43,253 nt of DNA from an uncultured Planctomycetia bacterium (GTDB taxonomy: Bacteria > Omnitrophota > Gorgyraeia > Gorgyraeales > Gorgyraeaceae): positions 1 through 43,253 of the forward strand of contig CAYZNX010000001.1 of the NCBI GenBank assembly GCA_964479825.1. Reading direction: 5' to 3'. The notes under the pieces are model-generated. The model saw only the letters and a list, made by a program, of their open reading frames with translations. It was not told the origin of the DNA and searched no databases. The translations under genes were made by a program, and so were the position numbers. Below are positions 8,112-17,669 of the stretch, piece after piece (position 1 is the stretch's first letter; the number at the start of each line of letters is the position of its first letter).

Positions 8112-8774
8112 ATGGGAAAGCTATTAAATGTTATAACTCCATTACATAAGAAGACAAAAAGGGACTATATTGGCAGGATGATGGATGAGAAGGTGGCCTG
8201 TTCAAAGATAGCCAGAAGGTATGATAAAGATTACTGGGACGGAGATAGGAGATATGGCTATGGTGGATATAGATATGATGGCCGCTGGGAGGTTGTAGCC
8301 AGGAAGCTGATAGAACTCTATAGTTTAGCTAACGATGCCAAAATCTTGGATGTTGGCTGCGGAAAAGGTTTTTTGCTCTATGAGTTTAAGAAACTTTTGC
8401 CTGATGCAACTGTGAAAGGGTTCGATATTTCGCAGTACGCTATAGAAAACGCAAAAGAAGAAATTAAGGATGCTCTATTTGTTCATAGAGCAGAAAAGAG
8501 TTATCCTTTTAAAGATAAAGAATTCGACTTTGTTATATCAATAACTACACTGCATAACCTCTATATAAATGAATTGAAGTCAGCCTTAAAAGAGATAGAA
8601 AGGGTGGGAAAAAATAAATATATCACAATGGAAAGTTACAGAAACGAACATGAGCTGTTTAATTTACAGTGCTGGGCATTAACCTGCGAGTCATTTTTCA
8701 GTCCCCAAGAGTGGGTATGGTTGTTTAATGAATTTGGATATACTGGAGATTATGAATTCATCTATTTTGACTAG
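8112..8774 (+). CDS. Class I SAM-dependent methyltransferase
   Basis: Motif I is ILDVGCGKGFLLYE, with the later motif FDFVISITTLHNL. It is 220 aa. Confidence 0.8.
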   Translation: MGKLLNVITPLHKKTKRDYIGRMMDEKVACSKIARRYDKDYWDGDRRYGYGGYRYDGRWEVVARKLIELYSLANDAKILDVGCGKGFLLYEFKKLLPDATVKGFDISQYAIENAKEEIKDALFVHRAEKSYPFKDKEFDFVISITTLHNLYINELKSALKEIERVGKNKYITMESYRNEHELFNLQCWALTCESFFSPQEWVWLFNEFGYTGDYEFIYFD

Positions 8775-8796
8775 ATTATAGACTTAAGGATGTTAG

Positions 8797-9867
8797 ATGG
8801 GCAATCTATATACAAGAATGAAAATATTTCATTTCAAGGATAAGATAGATTCTTTACCTAAATCAATCAATAAGATAATGCCCCCTGTCCATATAAGGAT
8901 CAAACCAACAAATATATGTAACCATAATTGTTCATACTGTGCGTATAGAGTAAGCAATTTACAACTTGGCAAGGATATGGTGATAAGAGACCAGATCCCA
9001 TGGGAAAAGATGATGGAGGTTTTAGATGATATAGTGGATATGGGGGTAAGATCGGTTACCTTCAGCGGGGGCGGAGAGCCATTTTGTTACCCACATTTGT
9101 TGGAAACCGTTAAGAAGCTATCTCAAACACCCGTAAAATTCGCAGCCTTAACAAATGGAGCAAAATTGCAGGGAGAATTAGCAGAGCTTTTTGCTCACCG
9201 TGGTAGCTGGTTACGAATTTCTATAGATGGATGGGATGATGAAAGTTACTCAGAATACAGAAGTGTTGCTTATGGAGAATTCAGCAAAATAATCAGGAAT
9301 ATTAAGGATTTTAAAAGATATGGCGGTAAATGTTATTTGGGCGTATGCATTATTGTTGATAAGAAAAACGCCCCTCATATTTATGAGTTAATGGAGAAGT
9401 TAAAGGCCAGTGGTATTGACAGTGTCAAGGTGGCACCCTGCATTGTAAGCAACGCTGCCCGAAAGAATAACGAATATCACAAACTTATATTTGACCGAGT
9501 AAAAGAACAGATAGAACAGGTATTAAGTGGACTTGCCGGTAAAGGATTTGAAGTGTTCGATTCATATCACGAGCAATTAGAGACTTTTGAGAAACGATAC
9601 TCATGGTGCCCTTACTTGCAGATTTTGCCAGTTATCGGTGCTGATCTTAATATATATTCATGCCAGGATAAGGCCTATAACCTTAATCATGGATTGATCG
9701 GCTCAATAAAGGATCAAAGCTTCAGGGATTTCTGGTTTTCTGATAAAAATAAATTTTTCAAAATAGATCCTTCAAAGGTTTGTAATCACCATTGTGTTGC
9801 CAATGCAAAAAATAAACTTGTTCTGGAATATCTTGATGCCGATGAGGAACATTTAGACTTTGTATAG
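8797..9867 (+). CDS. Radical SAM enzyme with a Cys-rich C-terminal region, paralog of 5121..6188
   Basis: NICNHNCSYCAY and GGGEPFC are present. C-terminal cysteines occur in CPYLQ...LNIYSCQDK...CNHHCV. It ends in HLDFV, matching the HVNFI tail of the paralog. Confidence 0.8.
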   Translation: MGNLYTRMKIFHFKDKIDSLPKSINKIMPPVHIRIKPTNICNHNCSYCAYRVSNLQLGKDMVIRDQIPWEKMMEVLDDIVDMGVRSVTFSGGGEPFCYPHLLETVKKLSQTPVKFAALTNGAKLQGELAELFAHRGSWLRISIDGWDDESYSEYRSVAYGEFSKIIRNIKDFKRYGGKCYLGVCIIVDKKNAPHIYELMEKLKASGIDSVKVAPCIVSNAARKNNEYHKLIFDRVKEQIEQVLSGLAGKGFEVFDSYHEQLETFEKRYSWCPYLQILPVIGADLNIYSCQDKAYNLNHGLIGSIKDQSFRDFWFSDKNKFFKIDPSKVCNHHCVANAKNKLVLEYLDADEEHLDFV

Positions 9868-9892
9868 AAAATCTGATAGAAAGAGTAAAAAG

Positions 9893-11206
9893 ATGCTTAC
9901 TCAACACGATATATTGTTAAGAACATTTCCCAATAAACCAATACCACCATATATAGAGCGCGGTGAAGGTATATATCTATACACTAAAGATGGAAGAAAA
10001 TTGTTAGATACCACTGGAGGATTTACTGCTCACGCAATACTTGGTTGGTCAAACAAAAAAATTATTGAGGCAATGAAAAAACAGTTAGATAAAATTACTC
10101 ATATTGACTATAAGGTATATTCAGATGAAAACAGAGATAAATTGGCAGAATTGTTACTATCACGTGCTGAACATAGTTTAAATCGTGTTTATTTTGCGGG
10201 AAACTCTGGCGGGGAAGCCTGTGAAGCTGCTATGAAACTTAGTTATCAATACCATTATGATTTGGGCAAAAGAGAAAAAACATGGTTCATCTCTCGTTAT
10301 CAATCATACCACGGTTCTTCCACAGATGCCCTTGCTGTGGGAGACAGATCTAATCTGGATTTTTACAAGCCATTATTACCGAAAAATAGGGCAAAGATTT
10401 CAGAACACAATCAATATCGCCATAAGATGAAAGATGAATCTTTGGATGACTATGCCAAGAGGTGTGCCAAAGAACTTGAAGATAAGATACTTGAAATAGG
10501 CCCAGAAAAAGTCTGTGCATTCATTGGCGAAACAATGATGGGCGGTTTGATTGGCGATGTACCGCCTGCACCTAATTACTGGAAGAATATACGAAGGGTA
10601 TGCGACAAATATGATGTGCATTTAATATTAGATGAAGTTTGGTGCGGGACGGGGACTAGTGGAAAAGTTTATTGTTGCGATTGGGATGGGGTAACACCAG
10701 ATTTCCTTTTTATAGGGAAAACTCTTGCCGCCGGCTATGCCCCATTAAGTATAGTGCTTACCAACGATAAAGTTGAAAAGGTTTTTAAGGAAGGACAAGG
10801 GCGAATTCAGCATTCCACTACTCACCAGGGGCATTCACTATCTGTGGCTGCAGCACTGGAGGCTCAAAGTATCATCCATACTAATGAGATGTTAAATCAT
10901 GTTTGTAAGATGGGAGAGTTCTTAAGAAACACGCTTAGCTCCGAATTGGGTTCGCATCCATTTTTTGCGAACGTTAGAGGTAGAGGATTAAGAAATTCTA
11001 TTGAATATAACTGCCCTAATCAACACGACTTTGGTATGAAATTGGCTCAAGTAATGGAAGAAGAGCACAAGATATTGATAAGTGGAAAATGGCATCGGGT
11101 ATGTTTCTCTCCGGCGCTAAATATTAAACAAGAGGAATTAGACTTAGTTTTAGATCGTTTCATTAAAACTTTCAAAAAGATAGCAAATAGTTGGCCTACC
11201 AGCTGA
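9893..11206 (+). CDS. Class III PLP-dependent aminotransferase
   Basis: IERGEGIYLYTKDGRKLLD, ILDEVWCGTGTSGK and FIGKTLAAGYAPLS (candidate PLP lysine) are present. ATG at 9893. The ORF track extends to the TTG at 9860. Confidence 0.75.
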   Translation: MLTQHDILLRTFPNKPIPPYIERGEGIYLYTKDGRKLLDTTGGFTAHAILGWSNKKIIEAMKKQLDKITHIDYKVYSDENRDKLAELLLSRAEHSLNRVYFAGNSGGEACEAAMKLSYQYHYDLGKREKTWFISRYQSYHGSSTDALAVGDRSNLDFYKPLLPKNRAKISEHNQYRHKMKDESLDDYAKRCAKELEDKILEIGPEKVCAFIGETMMGGLIGDVPPAPNYWKNIRRVCDKYDVHLILDEVWCGTGTSGKVYCCDWDGVTPDFLFIGKTLAAGYAPLSIVLTNDKVEKVFKEGQGRIQHSTTHQGHSLSVAAALEAQSIIHTNEMLNHVCKMGEFLRNTLSSELGSHPFFANVRGRGLRNSIEYNCPNQHDFGMKLAQVMEEEHKILISGKWHRVCFSPALNIKQEELDLVLDRFIKTFKKIANSWPTS

Positions 11207-11318
11207 CTTATTATAGGAGATTGCTGAAAAGGCCTAAACAGGGCAGCAATCTCAAAGGTCGCTGACGTATTTTTAGGAGTTTTTCAGAGGCCTCTATAGA
11301 TAACAAATATTTTTTGGT

Positions 11319-11849
11319 ATGAATATTAAAGAAAAAAAACAAGAAGTATTTTTCATAGAAGAAGATATCATCAAGATCAGTAACAAGGATATAAAATTCC
11401 TTAAGGCTAAGGCAACGGGTAGCAGAAGAGGGCAGGCACGTCTGTGTGCGCACAGAAGCAATGAAAGTTCTCTACATGAGATGATAATTGCTTTGACCAA
11501 AAAGACTTATGTTCGGCCACATAAACATCTTGGGAAAAGCGAATCATTTCATATTATCAAGGGAAATCTTAAGGTAGTAATTTTTGATGAACAGGGTAAT
11601 GTTTGCAAAGTCATAAATATGGGTGATTATCGTTCAAGAGATATGTTTTATTACAGACTTCCAGAAGCCTATTTCCACACTGTGATACCTTTGTCTGATT
11701 TTGTTGTTTTCCATGAAACGACAAACGGGCCTTTTAAACCTGAAGATACCATCTATGCAGAATGGGCGCCTTTGGAAGATGAGGGCGAAGCCAAGACCTC
11801 TTACTTAGATAAATTAATGGCTCAGTTGGGGATGGATAAGAAAAGATGA
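11319..11849 (+). CDS. WbuC-like cupin-fold protein
   Basis: RRGQARLCAHRSNESSLHEMIIALTKKTYVRPHKH...SESFHIIKGNLKVVIFDEQG resembles the cupin family recurrent in O-antigen loci. Confidence 0.55.
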   Translation: MNIKEKKQEVFFIEEDIIKISNKDIKFLKAKATGSRRGQARLCAHRSNESSLHEMIIALTKKTYVRPHKHLGKSESFHIIKGNLKVVIFDEQGNVCKVINMGDYRSRDMFYYRLPEAYFHTVIPLSDFVVFHETTNGPFKPEDTIYAEWAPLEDEGEAKTSYLDKLMAQLGMDKKR

Positions 11850-13720
11850 AGGACGATAATCTTCTCTTAATCGAGTATTGCAACATCCTGAAATCAAAAT
11901 ACAGGTTAAACAAAAGAATTCTTCTTGTGCAGATACCGCAGTTGATTCTTAAGTCTTTTAACTCTGAAGTTGCAAGAGAAAAAGGTTATTATATTTTTCC
12001 GCCTGTAGGATTGCAGTATTTATACGAAGCGATAAAGAAAAGGGATTTAGATGTCAAGATACTTGATTTAAACTTTATGCTTTTGAAGAAAGTATTTGAA
12101 GATGGCTTTGATCATCGACGGTGGATTGATATCTTGAAAGAATGTCTTGATTCTTTTGACCCGGCAATTGTCGGAGTGTCATGTATGTATGATTTAGGTA
12201 TCCAGCCTTTGATGGAGGTGCTTAAGTTTTTACGCCAGCATAATCGGTCGATTACCATCGCTGGCGGCGTAATCCCTACTTATGAATGGGAAAGCCTGCT
12301 GCGGCAAGATTTATGTCATTTCGTGATCAAAAAAGAGGGGGAAACCCGCATTAATTTTCTTTTTGACTACTTAACCGATAAAAACTTAAATTATGGTCCC
12401 TGCTCAGGGGTGTGCTTTAAATATAATGATTCTTATCGCGAAACAGAAGGAGAAAGAAAAGAGGTTGTTTTTGATACGGATCTAATCGATAGCTATTCTC
12501 TGGTCAACATCAGAGAGTATTGTAAATACGGTTCTTTAAATCCTTTTTCCAGAATCGCAGGATTACAAGATTCTCCTTTTGCGGCAATTCAGATGAACAG
12601 GGGATGTCGTGGCGTATGCACTTTTTGTTCGGTACGTGATTTTATCGGTAAAGGAGTGCGCAAAAGGTCGGTAGAAAAAGTCTTATCCGAGATGAATTTT
12701 TTAATAAATAAGTGTGGCGTAAAGCATTTTGAATGGTTAGATGATGATATGCTTTTTTATAAAAAAGAATTTCAGAACCTTCTGCAAAAAATAATCGACC
12801 AAAAATGGAAAATTACATGGTCAGCTAATAACGGTCTGATTGCCTCATCTATAGATGAAGAGATGATGCGACTAATGAGAGATTCTGGCTGTATAGGTTT
12901 CAAAATTGGGATAGAGACTGGTAATGCCGAAATGCTAAAGAAAATTAAGAAGCCAGTTACATTAGATACATTTAGAAGAGTTTCTTGTATATTTAAGCGC
13001 TATCCCGAAATTTTTGTTGGCGGCAACATTATGCTGGGGTTTCCTCAGGAAAAATTTTACCAGATGATGGATTCTTTCCGGTTTCTTCTGGAGTTGGATT
13101 TAGACTGGGGGGCTTTTACCATATGTCAAGCTATTAGAGGGGCAACAGCTTTTAGTGATTCTGAGGATTATTTTACAAAACAGATAAGTTCAAATGATGA
13201 AAATATAAAAAATTTTATTCCAACGAGGGAGTCTTTGGACGGGCGGCTTTCTACCAAAACCGATATTTTTAAAGGTTTGGAGGTTTTTAAAATAAATCCT
13301 GACACTGCCCCTGACGAAGAACAGATTAAAGAAATATGGTTTACCTTCAATCTTGTTGGGAATTTTATCAATAATAGAAATTTAAAACCAGATGGTAAAG
13401 TTGAAAAATTTATTTCTTGGGTGGAAATGGCTCAAGTTGCTTATCCCACAAATGCATATATGAGCCTTTTTTTGGCTCTGGCTTATATAATTAAAGGCGA
13501 CCATGATAAATCCAAAGATTACTATAATAAGGCAGCATTATGCTGTAACACCGATTATTGGCGGGAAAGATTTGCTTCTTTTGGGTTAACTGAGGTATTG
13601 AATAATTTTCCTCAAACTAAATCTGGAGTTTTTGACAGATTAGAACATTTACGCCTTTCTGTTTTTTCCTATGAAAATCTGGACGTTTTTTTAAGCTTTA
13701 ACTATAATGACTTAGTATAA
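11846..13720 (+). CDS. Cobalamin-binding-domain radical SAM enzyme (class B type) with a long C-terminal extension
   Basis: The N-terminal B12-like domain has PPVGLQYLYEAIKKRDLDVKILD...IVGVSCMYD...ITIAGGVIPT. The radical SAM motif is NRGCRGVCTFCSV. A tail of about 200 aa follows. Confidence 0.75.
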   Translation: MKDDNLLLIEYCNILKSKYRLNKRILLVQIPQLILKSFNSEVAREKGYYIFPPVGLQYLYEAIKKRDLDVKILDLNFMLLKKVFEDGFDHRRWIDILKECLDSFDPAIVGVSCMYDLGIQPLMEVLKFLRQHNRSITIAGGVIPTYEWESLLRQDLCHFVIKKEGETRINFLFDYLTDKNLNYGPCSGVCFKYNDSYRETEGERKEVVFDTDLIDSYSLVNIREYCKYGSLNPFSRIAGLQDSPFAAIQMNRGCRGVCTFCSVRDFIGKGVRKRSVEKVLSEMNFLINKCGVKHFEWLDDDMLFYKKEFQNLLQKIIDQKWKITWSANNGLIASSIDEEMMRLMRDSGCIGFKIGIETGNAEMLKKIKKPVTLDTFRRVSCIFKRYPEIFVGGNIMLGFPQEKFYQMMDSFRFLLELDLDWGAFTICQAIRGATAFSDSEDYFTKQISSNDENIKNFIPTRESLDGRLSTKTDIFKGLEVFKINPDTAPDEEQIKEIWFTFNLVGNFINNRNLKPDGKVEKFISWVEMAQVAYPTNAYMSLFLALAYIIKGDHDKSKDYYNKAALCCNTDYWRERFASFGLTEVLNNFPQTKSGVFDRLEHLRLSVFSYENLDVFLSFNYNDLV

Positions 13721-13764
13721 CGGTATATTAGTATAGTTACTGTAACTTCTTATATGGGAGATTG

Positions 13765-15246
13765 ATGGAGGCGTTAAAGATTACCTTAGTTGGCCAGGGG
13801 CCTGATGTAAGTGCACGCCTCAAAACAATCTCTTATGCACCATTTGCGCTAAAGGCTTATTTAGATTTTCATTTGCCGGTATCTCTTAAAAACAAAGTGA
13901 AGACAAATGTCCTTGATTTTAGATATGACAGACTTCCTTCAGATATGACTTCGCGTATTCTTGCTGATGAACCGGATATTGTTGGTTTTTCTGTTTACTT
14001 ATGGAACTATGATCGGATGTTGGAATGTGCACGAAATATAAAAACTGTTAGAAAAGATACCTGTATAATTCTTGGTGGCCCTCAAGTTTCACCGATCGCG
14101 GAGGAAGTCATAGCCGAGAACCCTTATATTGATATTATTTCATTTGCGTCCGCAGCTGGGGAAGTTACCTTATTGGATATTGTTGAGGCTATATTTTATA
14201 AAAGAGATTTCAACACCATTAATGGCATATGTTACTATGATACCAATGGGAATATTGTTAAAACTTCTGCAGATGTTAGACTGATTAACTATAAAACTAG
14301 TCCCTCGCCATATAGTGGAGGTAATGGGTTGTTCGATGAAAATATTGGCTATATGGCTGTTATTGAATCCTCACGAGGTTGTCCTTATGATTGTGGCTAT
14401 TGTTTTTGGGGTCATGGAAAGCACAATATAGAATATTTCCCCCTTAATAGGACCTTAGAGGATATCGAAATTGTTTGTAATAACACAAAAGTTAAACATA
14501 TTTATTTCTCTGATTCAAATTTACTTGCAGATATCGAAAGGGCAGAAACAATCATAAAGCATATCATTAAGCAAAAAAGTCAAGTTAAGGTCAGTCTCGA
14601 AATTAACTATATTCATATCAAAGAATCTACAGCAAAATTGCTGACTTCTTTACCTGATTTTCAGTTTCTTTTGGCAGTTCAAACGAGTAATCCTAAGGCA
14701 TTAAAATGTATCGGTAGGACACGACCCTCTCCAGAAACTTTTGCGCAAAAGCTAGATGAGCTTAAACAATGGGCGCCGGAAGCAAAATATCAAGTTGACA
14801 TAATGTTGGGATTGCCAGGAGATGATTTTAATGGTTTCATTCAAACCCTGGACTTTGTTTTATCTCTTGAGCCTTTTTATATAGTCCTTAACCATCCGGT
14901 TTACCTATTGCCAGGCAGTCGTTTCTTTGAAAATAGAGAAGCCTTGAGGCTTCGATACACTCCAACACCGCCATTTTCAGTAATTGAGACTGATACATTT
15001 CCTAAAAAGGATATCGAACAAGCCCTTAAAATTGCTATATGGACACAAGTATTTACCTTTTACTATCCTGCAATTGCCAAGTTCTTTTATGCTATGGCAA
15101 GATTGGATGGAGTTCGAATACAAAGACTGCTGCGCTGGATAAAGACAATAGAAAGTAAAATAAACTTATTCGATCTGCACGGGAATTTGGTTGATGTGGC
15201 TACGTTGTCAACTAAAAGATGGAATAGATTAAAAAAGATTTATTAG
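13765..15246 (+). CDS. Cobalamin-binding-domain radical SAM enzyme (class B type)
   Basis: EPDIVGFSVYLWNY...IILGGPQVS is followed by ESSRGCPYDCGYCFWG. ATG at 13765 with GGGAG 4 nt upstream. The 3' end may be frameshifted, see 15228..15488. Confidence 0.75.
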   Translation: MEALKITLVGQGPDVSARLKTISYAPFALKAYLDFHLPVSLKNKVKTNVLDFRYDRLPSDMTSRILADEPDIVGFSVYLWNYDRMLECARNIKTVRKDTCIILGGPQVSPIAEEVIAENPYIDIISFASAAGEVTLLDIVEAIFYKRDFNTINGICYYDTNGNIVKTSADVRLINYKTSPSPYSGGNGLFDENIGYMAVIESSRGCPYDCGYCFWGHGKHNIEYFPLNRTLEDIEIVCNNTKVKHIYFSDSNLLADIERAETIIKHIIKQKSQVKVSLEINYIHIKESTAKLLTSLPDFQFLLAVQTSNPKALKCIGRTRPSPETFAQKLDELKQWAPEAKYQVDIMLGLPGDDFNGFIQTLDFVLSLEPFYIVLNHPVYLLPGSRFFENREALRLRYTPTPPFSVIETDTFPKKDIEQALKIAIWTQVFTFYYPAIAKFFYAMARLDGVRIQRLLRWIKTIESKINLFDLHGNLVDVATLSTKRWNRLKKIY

Positions 15247-15488
15247 AAATAGCATCTACTGCAGAAAGTGCGCGTATTATTTATTTATCGATTCGTGAGT
15301 TGGAGAAATCCGCCATGGATAGCCCCTTAGGTAAGGGCATCCAGTTAGGATGTAATCTTTTTGAATACATGATTCAAAATAAAATGGATGCTATTGAATT
15401 TGATTCATACGGGTTATTACCATCAACTATAATAGGCAATAACGATTTGATAACAATTGAAGATTTATTTAGTAAGTACAAAAAGTAA
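15228..15488 (+). other. Open frame that may be a frameshifted C-terminal continuation of the preceding radical SAM gene. The ORF track lists 15300..15488.
   Basis: This frame is open from 15228 and overlaps the last 19 nt of the upstream ORF. The two frames meet at an A6 run (15231-15236). There is no convincing RBS before the TTG at 15300. Confidence 0.3.
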
Positions 15489-15542
15489 CCTAAAATTTCT
15501 GTTAGTACACTAAATACATCTTAAATGTTTTTAGGAGGTTTT

Positions 15543-16214
15543 ATGGACGAAAAAAGTAAAATAAAGATGAATGCCTATTATTCAAAACGTCTGAAAAAAT
15601 ATGGTCCGACAAAAGAGGCTATAGTCTACAAGACTGAAACGCAACAGACTAATAGATATGCCTTATTAACAGCTATAGGACCTATCCCCAAGGAAAGTTC
15701 TATCCTTGATGTTGGATGCGGCCTCGGGTACTTTTGTGACTATCTCAGAAGATATGGGTGGAAAGGGAGATATAGCGGAGTAGATATTAACCCAGATATG
15801 ATTGCGTCTGCAAAAAAAAGATTGCCCAGCGATAATTTTATATGTAAAGACATATTAACCGAAGAGTTTAATGAACAATATGATTATGTGTTTTGCGGAG
15901 CTACTATTCAGCACAGGCCCAAATATGGTGACCACATAGCATATGTGGAACAAATGGTAAAAAAGATGTTTTCGCTTGCTAAATGTGCTTTAGTGTTTGA
16001 TGTCTTCTCTGATAGAGTCGATTATATGGATGAGGGCAACTTGTACATCAGCCCTATCCGTTTATTAAGTTTTTGTTACACTCTCACAAATAGAGTTGTA
16101 TTAAGGAATGACGCCAGACCCTATGAAATTATGATCTATCTTTACAGGGAAGTATCTAAGAACACATTTAATATGTATCGTAATTGGGTACCCTCGGTCC
16201 CCAAGATTATTTAA
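15543..16214 (+). CDS. Class I SAM-dependent methyltransferase
   Basis: Motif I is ILDVGCGLGYF. ATG at 15543 is preceded by AGGAGG at 15533-15538. The ORF track starts at 15525. Confidence 0.8.
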   Translation: MDEKSKIKMNAYYSKRLKKYGPTKEAIVYKTETQQTNRYALLTAIGPIPKESSILDVGCGLGYFCDYLRRYGWKGRYSGVDINPDMIASAKKRLPSDNFICKDILTEEFNEQYDYVFCGATIQHRPKYGDHIAYVEQMVKKMFSLAKCALVFDVFSDRVDYMDEGNLYISPIRLLSFCYTLTNRVVLRNDARPYEIMIYLYREVSKNTFNMYRNWVPSVPKII

Positions 16215-16221
16215 TATAAAA

Positions 16222-17421
16222 ATGCCAAATTCTGAAAACAAGTTAAAGCCATCTCTTCTTAAATATTATCAGGTCTATGGTTTTAATCCTGTACCAATTA
16301 ACGTTGAGGATAAAACTATATGGGAATCACATCTGGCTAAACGTAACAATCTTTATGAAAGACATTTGATGATTCCGCTTTCTTTGTTTAATGGGCGCTC
16401 AGTGATTGAATTTGGTTCTAATTCAGGGGAAAATGCTTTACATCTCGCAGCCCTTGGTGCAAGGTTAACATTGGTAGAGCCCAACGAACAGGCGTTACCT
16501 CGATTGAAAAGTTTGTTTAAAAACTTTGGGTTTGAACAAAGTATCGTAGCCCTTGTGAACAAAGATATAGCTGGATTTGAATCTCAGGGCTCTTATGATG
16601 TAGTGCTAGCTGAAGGATTTTTGAACACTCTTTCAAATCGCGATGAGATGTTTTTAAAAATCTGCAATTTTCTGACGCCAGGTGGGTTAGGTGTTATTTC
16701 CTTTGATGATAGATATGGTCATTTACTTGAAGTTGTGAGACAGATGATTTTAAAACGTGCGTGTCAGTTGAAAGAAATTGATGACGCCCACAGCAGGGCC
16801 TCGTTGGAACTGGCCAGAGCTCTATTCGGAGAAGATTTCGCACAACTGAATGCTTCTCGACCTTTTGAAGCTTGGTGGGAAGATGCGTTGTTAAATCCTT
16901 TTGTCTCTTGGAAGCATTTTTGGACTTATCAAAAATTTATTCCCCTTCTTGATGAAGCCGGTTGTGAATTTTATTCTTCTTCTCCTAAATGGGCCTCGCT
17001 TGATAGTTTCTTGTGGTATAAAAATGTATCAAACAAGGAAGACCGCCATCAGCGCCTTCTAAACGATTGGTATAGAAATTTTTCTTACTTCTTGACAGGC
17101 CTGCCTTCCTCCAGCGGAGAAATTGAACCTGCGACTCCTGATGTAGTCGAGGCTGTCTCTAAGTTAGTAGAGAGAATTTCCGAATATATATCATCAGATA
17201 ATTTGTCTATAGATTCGGTCTCTTATCCCTTGCAGCTTGATAATTACCTTAGGAAGAGTAGAATCGAAGAGTTGCTACTTTTTAATGAGGAGATGAAGAA
17301 ATTATTTGATGTTATAAAATCCCCTTATTTTGCCGATTTAATTTCTTGTTATCACGGCACAAAATATGTAAGGATGTTGTGGGGAGTACCCTGTCACTAT
17401 ATTTGTTTTAGCAAACGATGA
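16222..17421 (+). CDS. Class I SAM-dependent methyltransferase with a large C-terminal domain
   Basis: VIEFGSNSGENALHLAALGARLTLVEPN is a motif I variant, followed by YDVVLAEGFL. It is 399 aa. Confidence 0.65.
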   Translation: MPNSENKLKPSLLKYYQVYGFNPVPINVEDKTIWESHLAKRNNLYERHLMIPLSLFNGRSVIEFGSNSGENALHLAALGARLTLVEPNEQALPRLKSLFKNFGFEQSIVALVNKDIAGFESQGSYDVVLAEGFLNTLSNRDEMFLKICNFLTPGGLGVISFDDRYGHLLEVVRQMILKRACQLKEIDDAHSRASLELARALFGEDFAQLNASRPFEAWWEDALLNPFVSWKHFWTYQKFIPLLDEAGCEFYSSSPKWASLDSFLWYKNVSNKEDRHQRLLNDWYRNFSYFLTGLPSSSGEIEPATPDVVEAVSKLVERISEYISSDNLSIDSVSYPLQLDNYLRKSRIEELLLFNEEMKKLFDVIKSPYFADLISCYHGTKYVRMLWGVPCHYICFSKR

Positions 17422-17447
17422 GCCAATTAGAGAAGAAAAATAGCCGA

Positions 17448-17623
17448 TTAATTAATTGTATGGAATTTCAAAAGGCCCCGCCGGAACCCACCCTTCAGGG
17501 TGTAATGCAGAAGAACAGCCTGAAGGCTGGGTTCCTGCAGAGCGCTGGAATTAACCCTTTAGGGTTTCATTGCGAGAACAGCCTGAAGGCTGTGTTCCAG
17601 AGCCGGAGGCGAGGGTTAATTAA
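17448..17623. repeat. GC-rich MITE-like insert bounded by TTAATTAA, with an internal two-copy direct repeat
   Basis: TTAATTAA at 17448-17455 and 17616-17623. The 18-mer agaacagcctgaaggctg occurs at 17512-17529 and 17575-17592. Internal palindromes are cagcct/aggctg and aaccct-tt-agggtt. It shares 19 nt with window bases 1-19. Confidence 0.5.
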
Positions 17624-17669
17624 CTTTTTCCTACGGCAACTCAGGCAGATTTATCAAGGAGGGTTACCT

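Noticed and set aside
11218-11252. A 9-bp-arm inverted repeat, agattgctg ... cagcaatct, after the aminotransferase gene, considered as an intrinsic terminator.
   Set aside because: The loop is 17 nt, and the T-run (tattttt) starts more than 15 nt after the stem. This is not a convincing rho-independent terminator. It may be another small repeat of the gcaatct type.
17512-17592. The two-copy direct repeat of an 18-mer with 63-bp spacing, considered as a possible CRISPR fragment.
   Set aside because: There are only two copies and the repeat is short. There are no cas genes, and the unit sits inside a larger palindromic GC-rich element bounded by TTAATTAA. A MITE-like repeat fits better.
17418-17669. 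The ATG at 17418, which overlaps the upstream stop as ATGA, as the true start of the glycosyltransferase.
   Set aside because: This is not fully excluded. The 84 extra residues are encoded almost entirely by the repeat element. The GTG at 17670 has a strong GGAGGG RBS and begins right before the hydrophobic N-terminal segment typical of the family.
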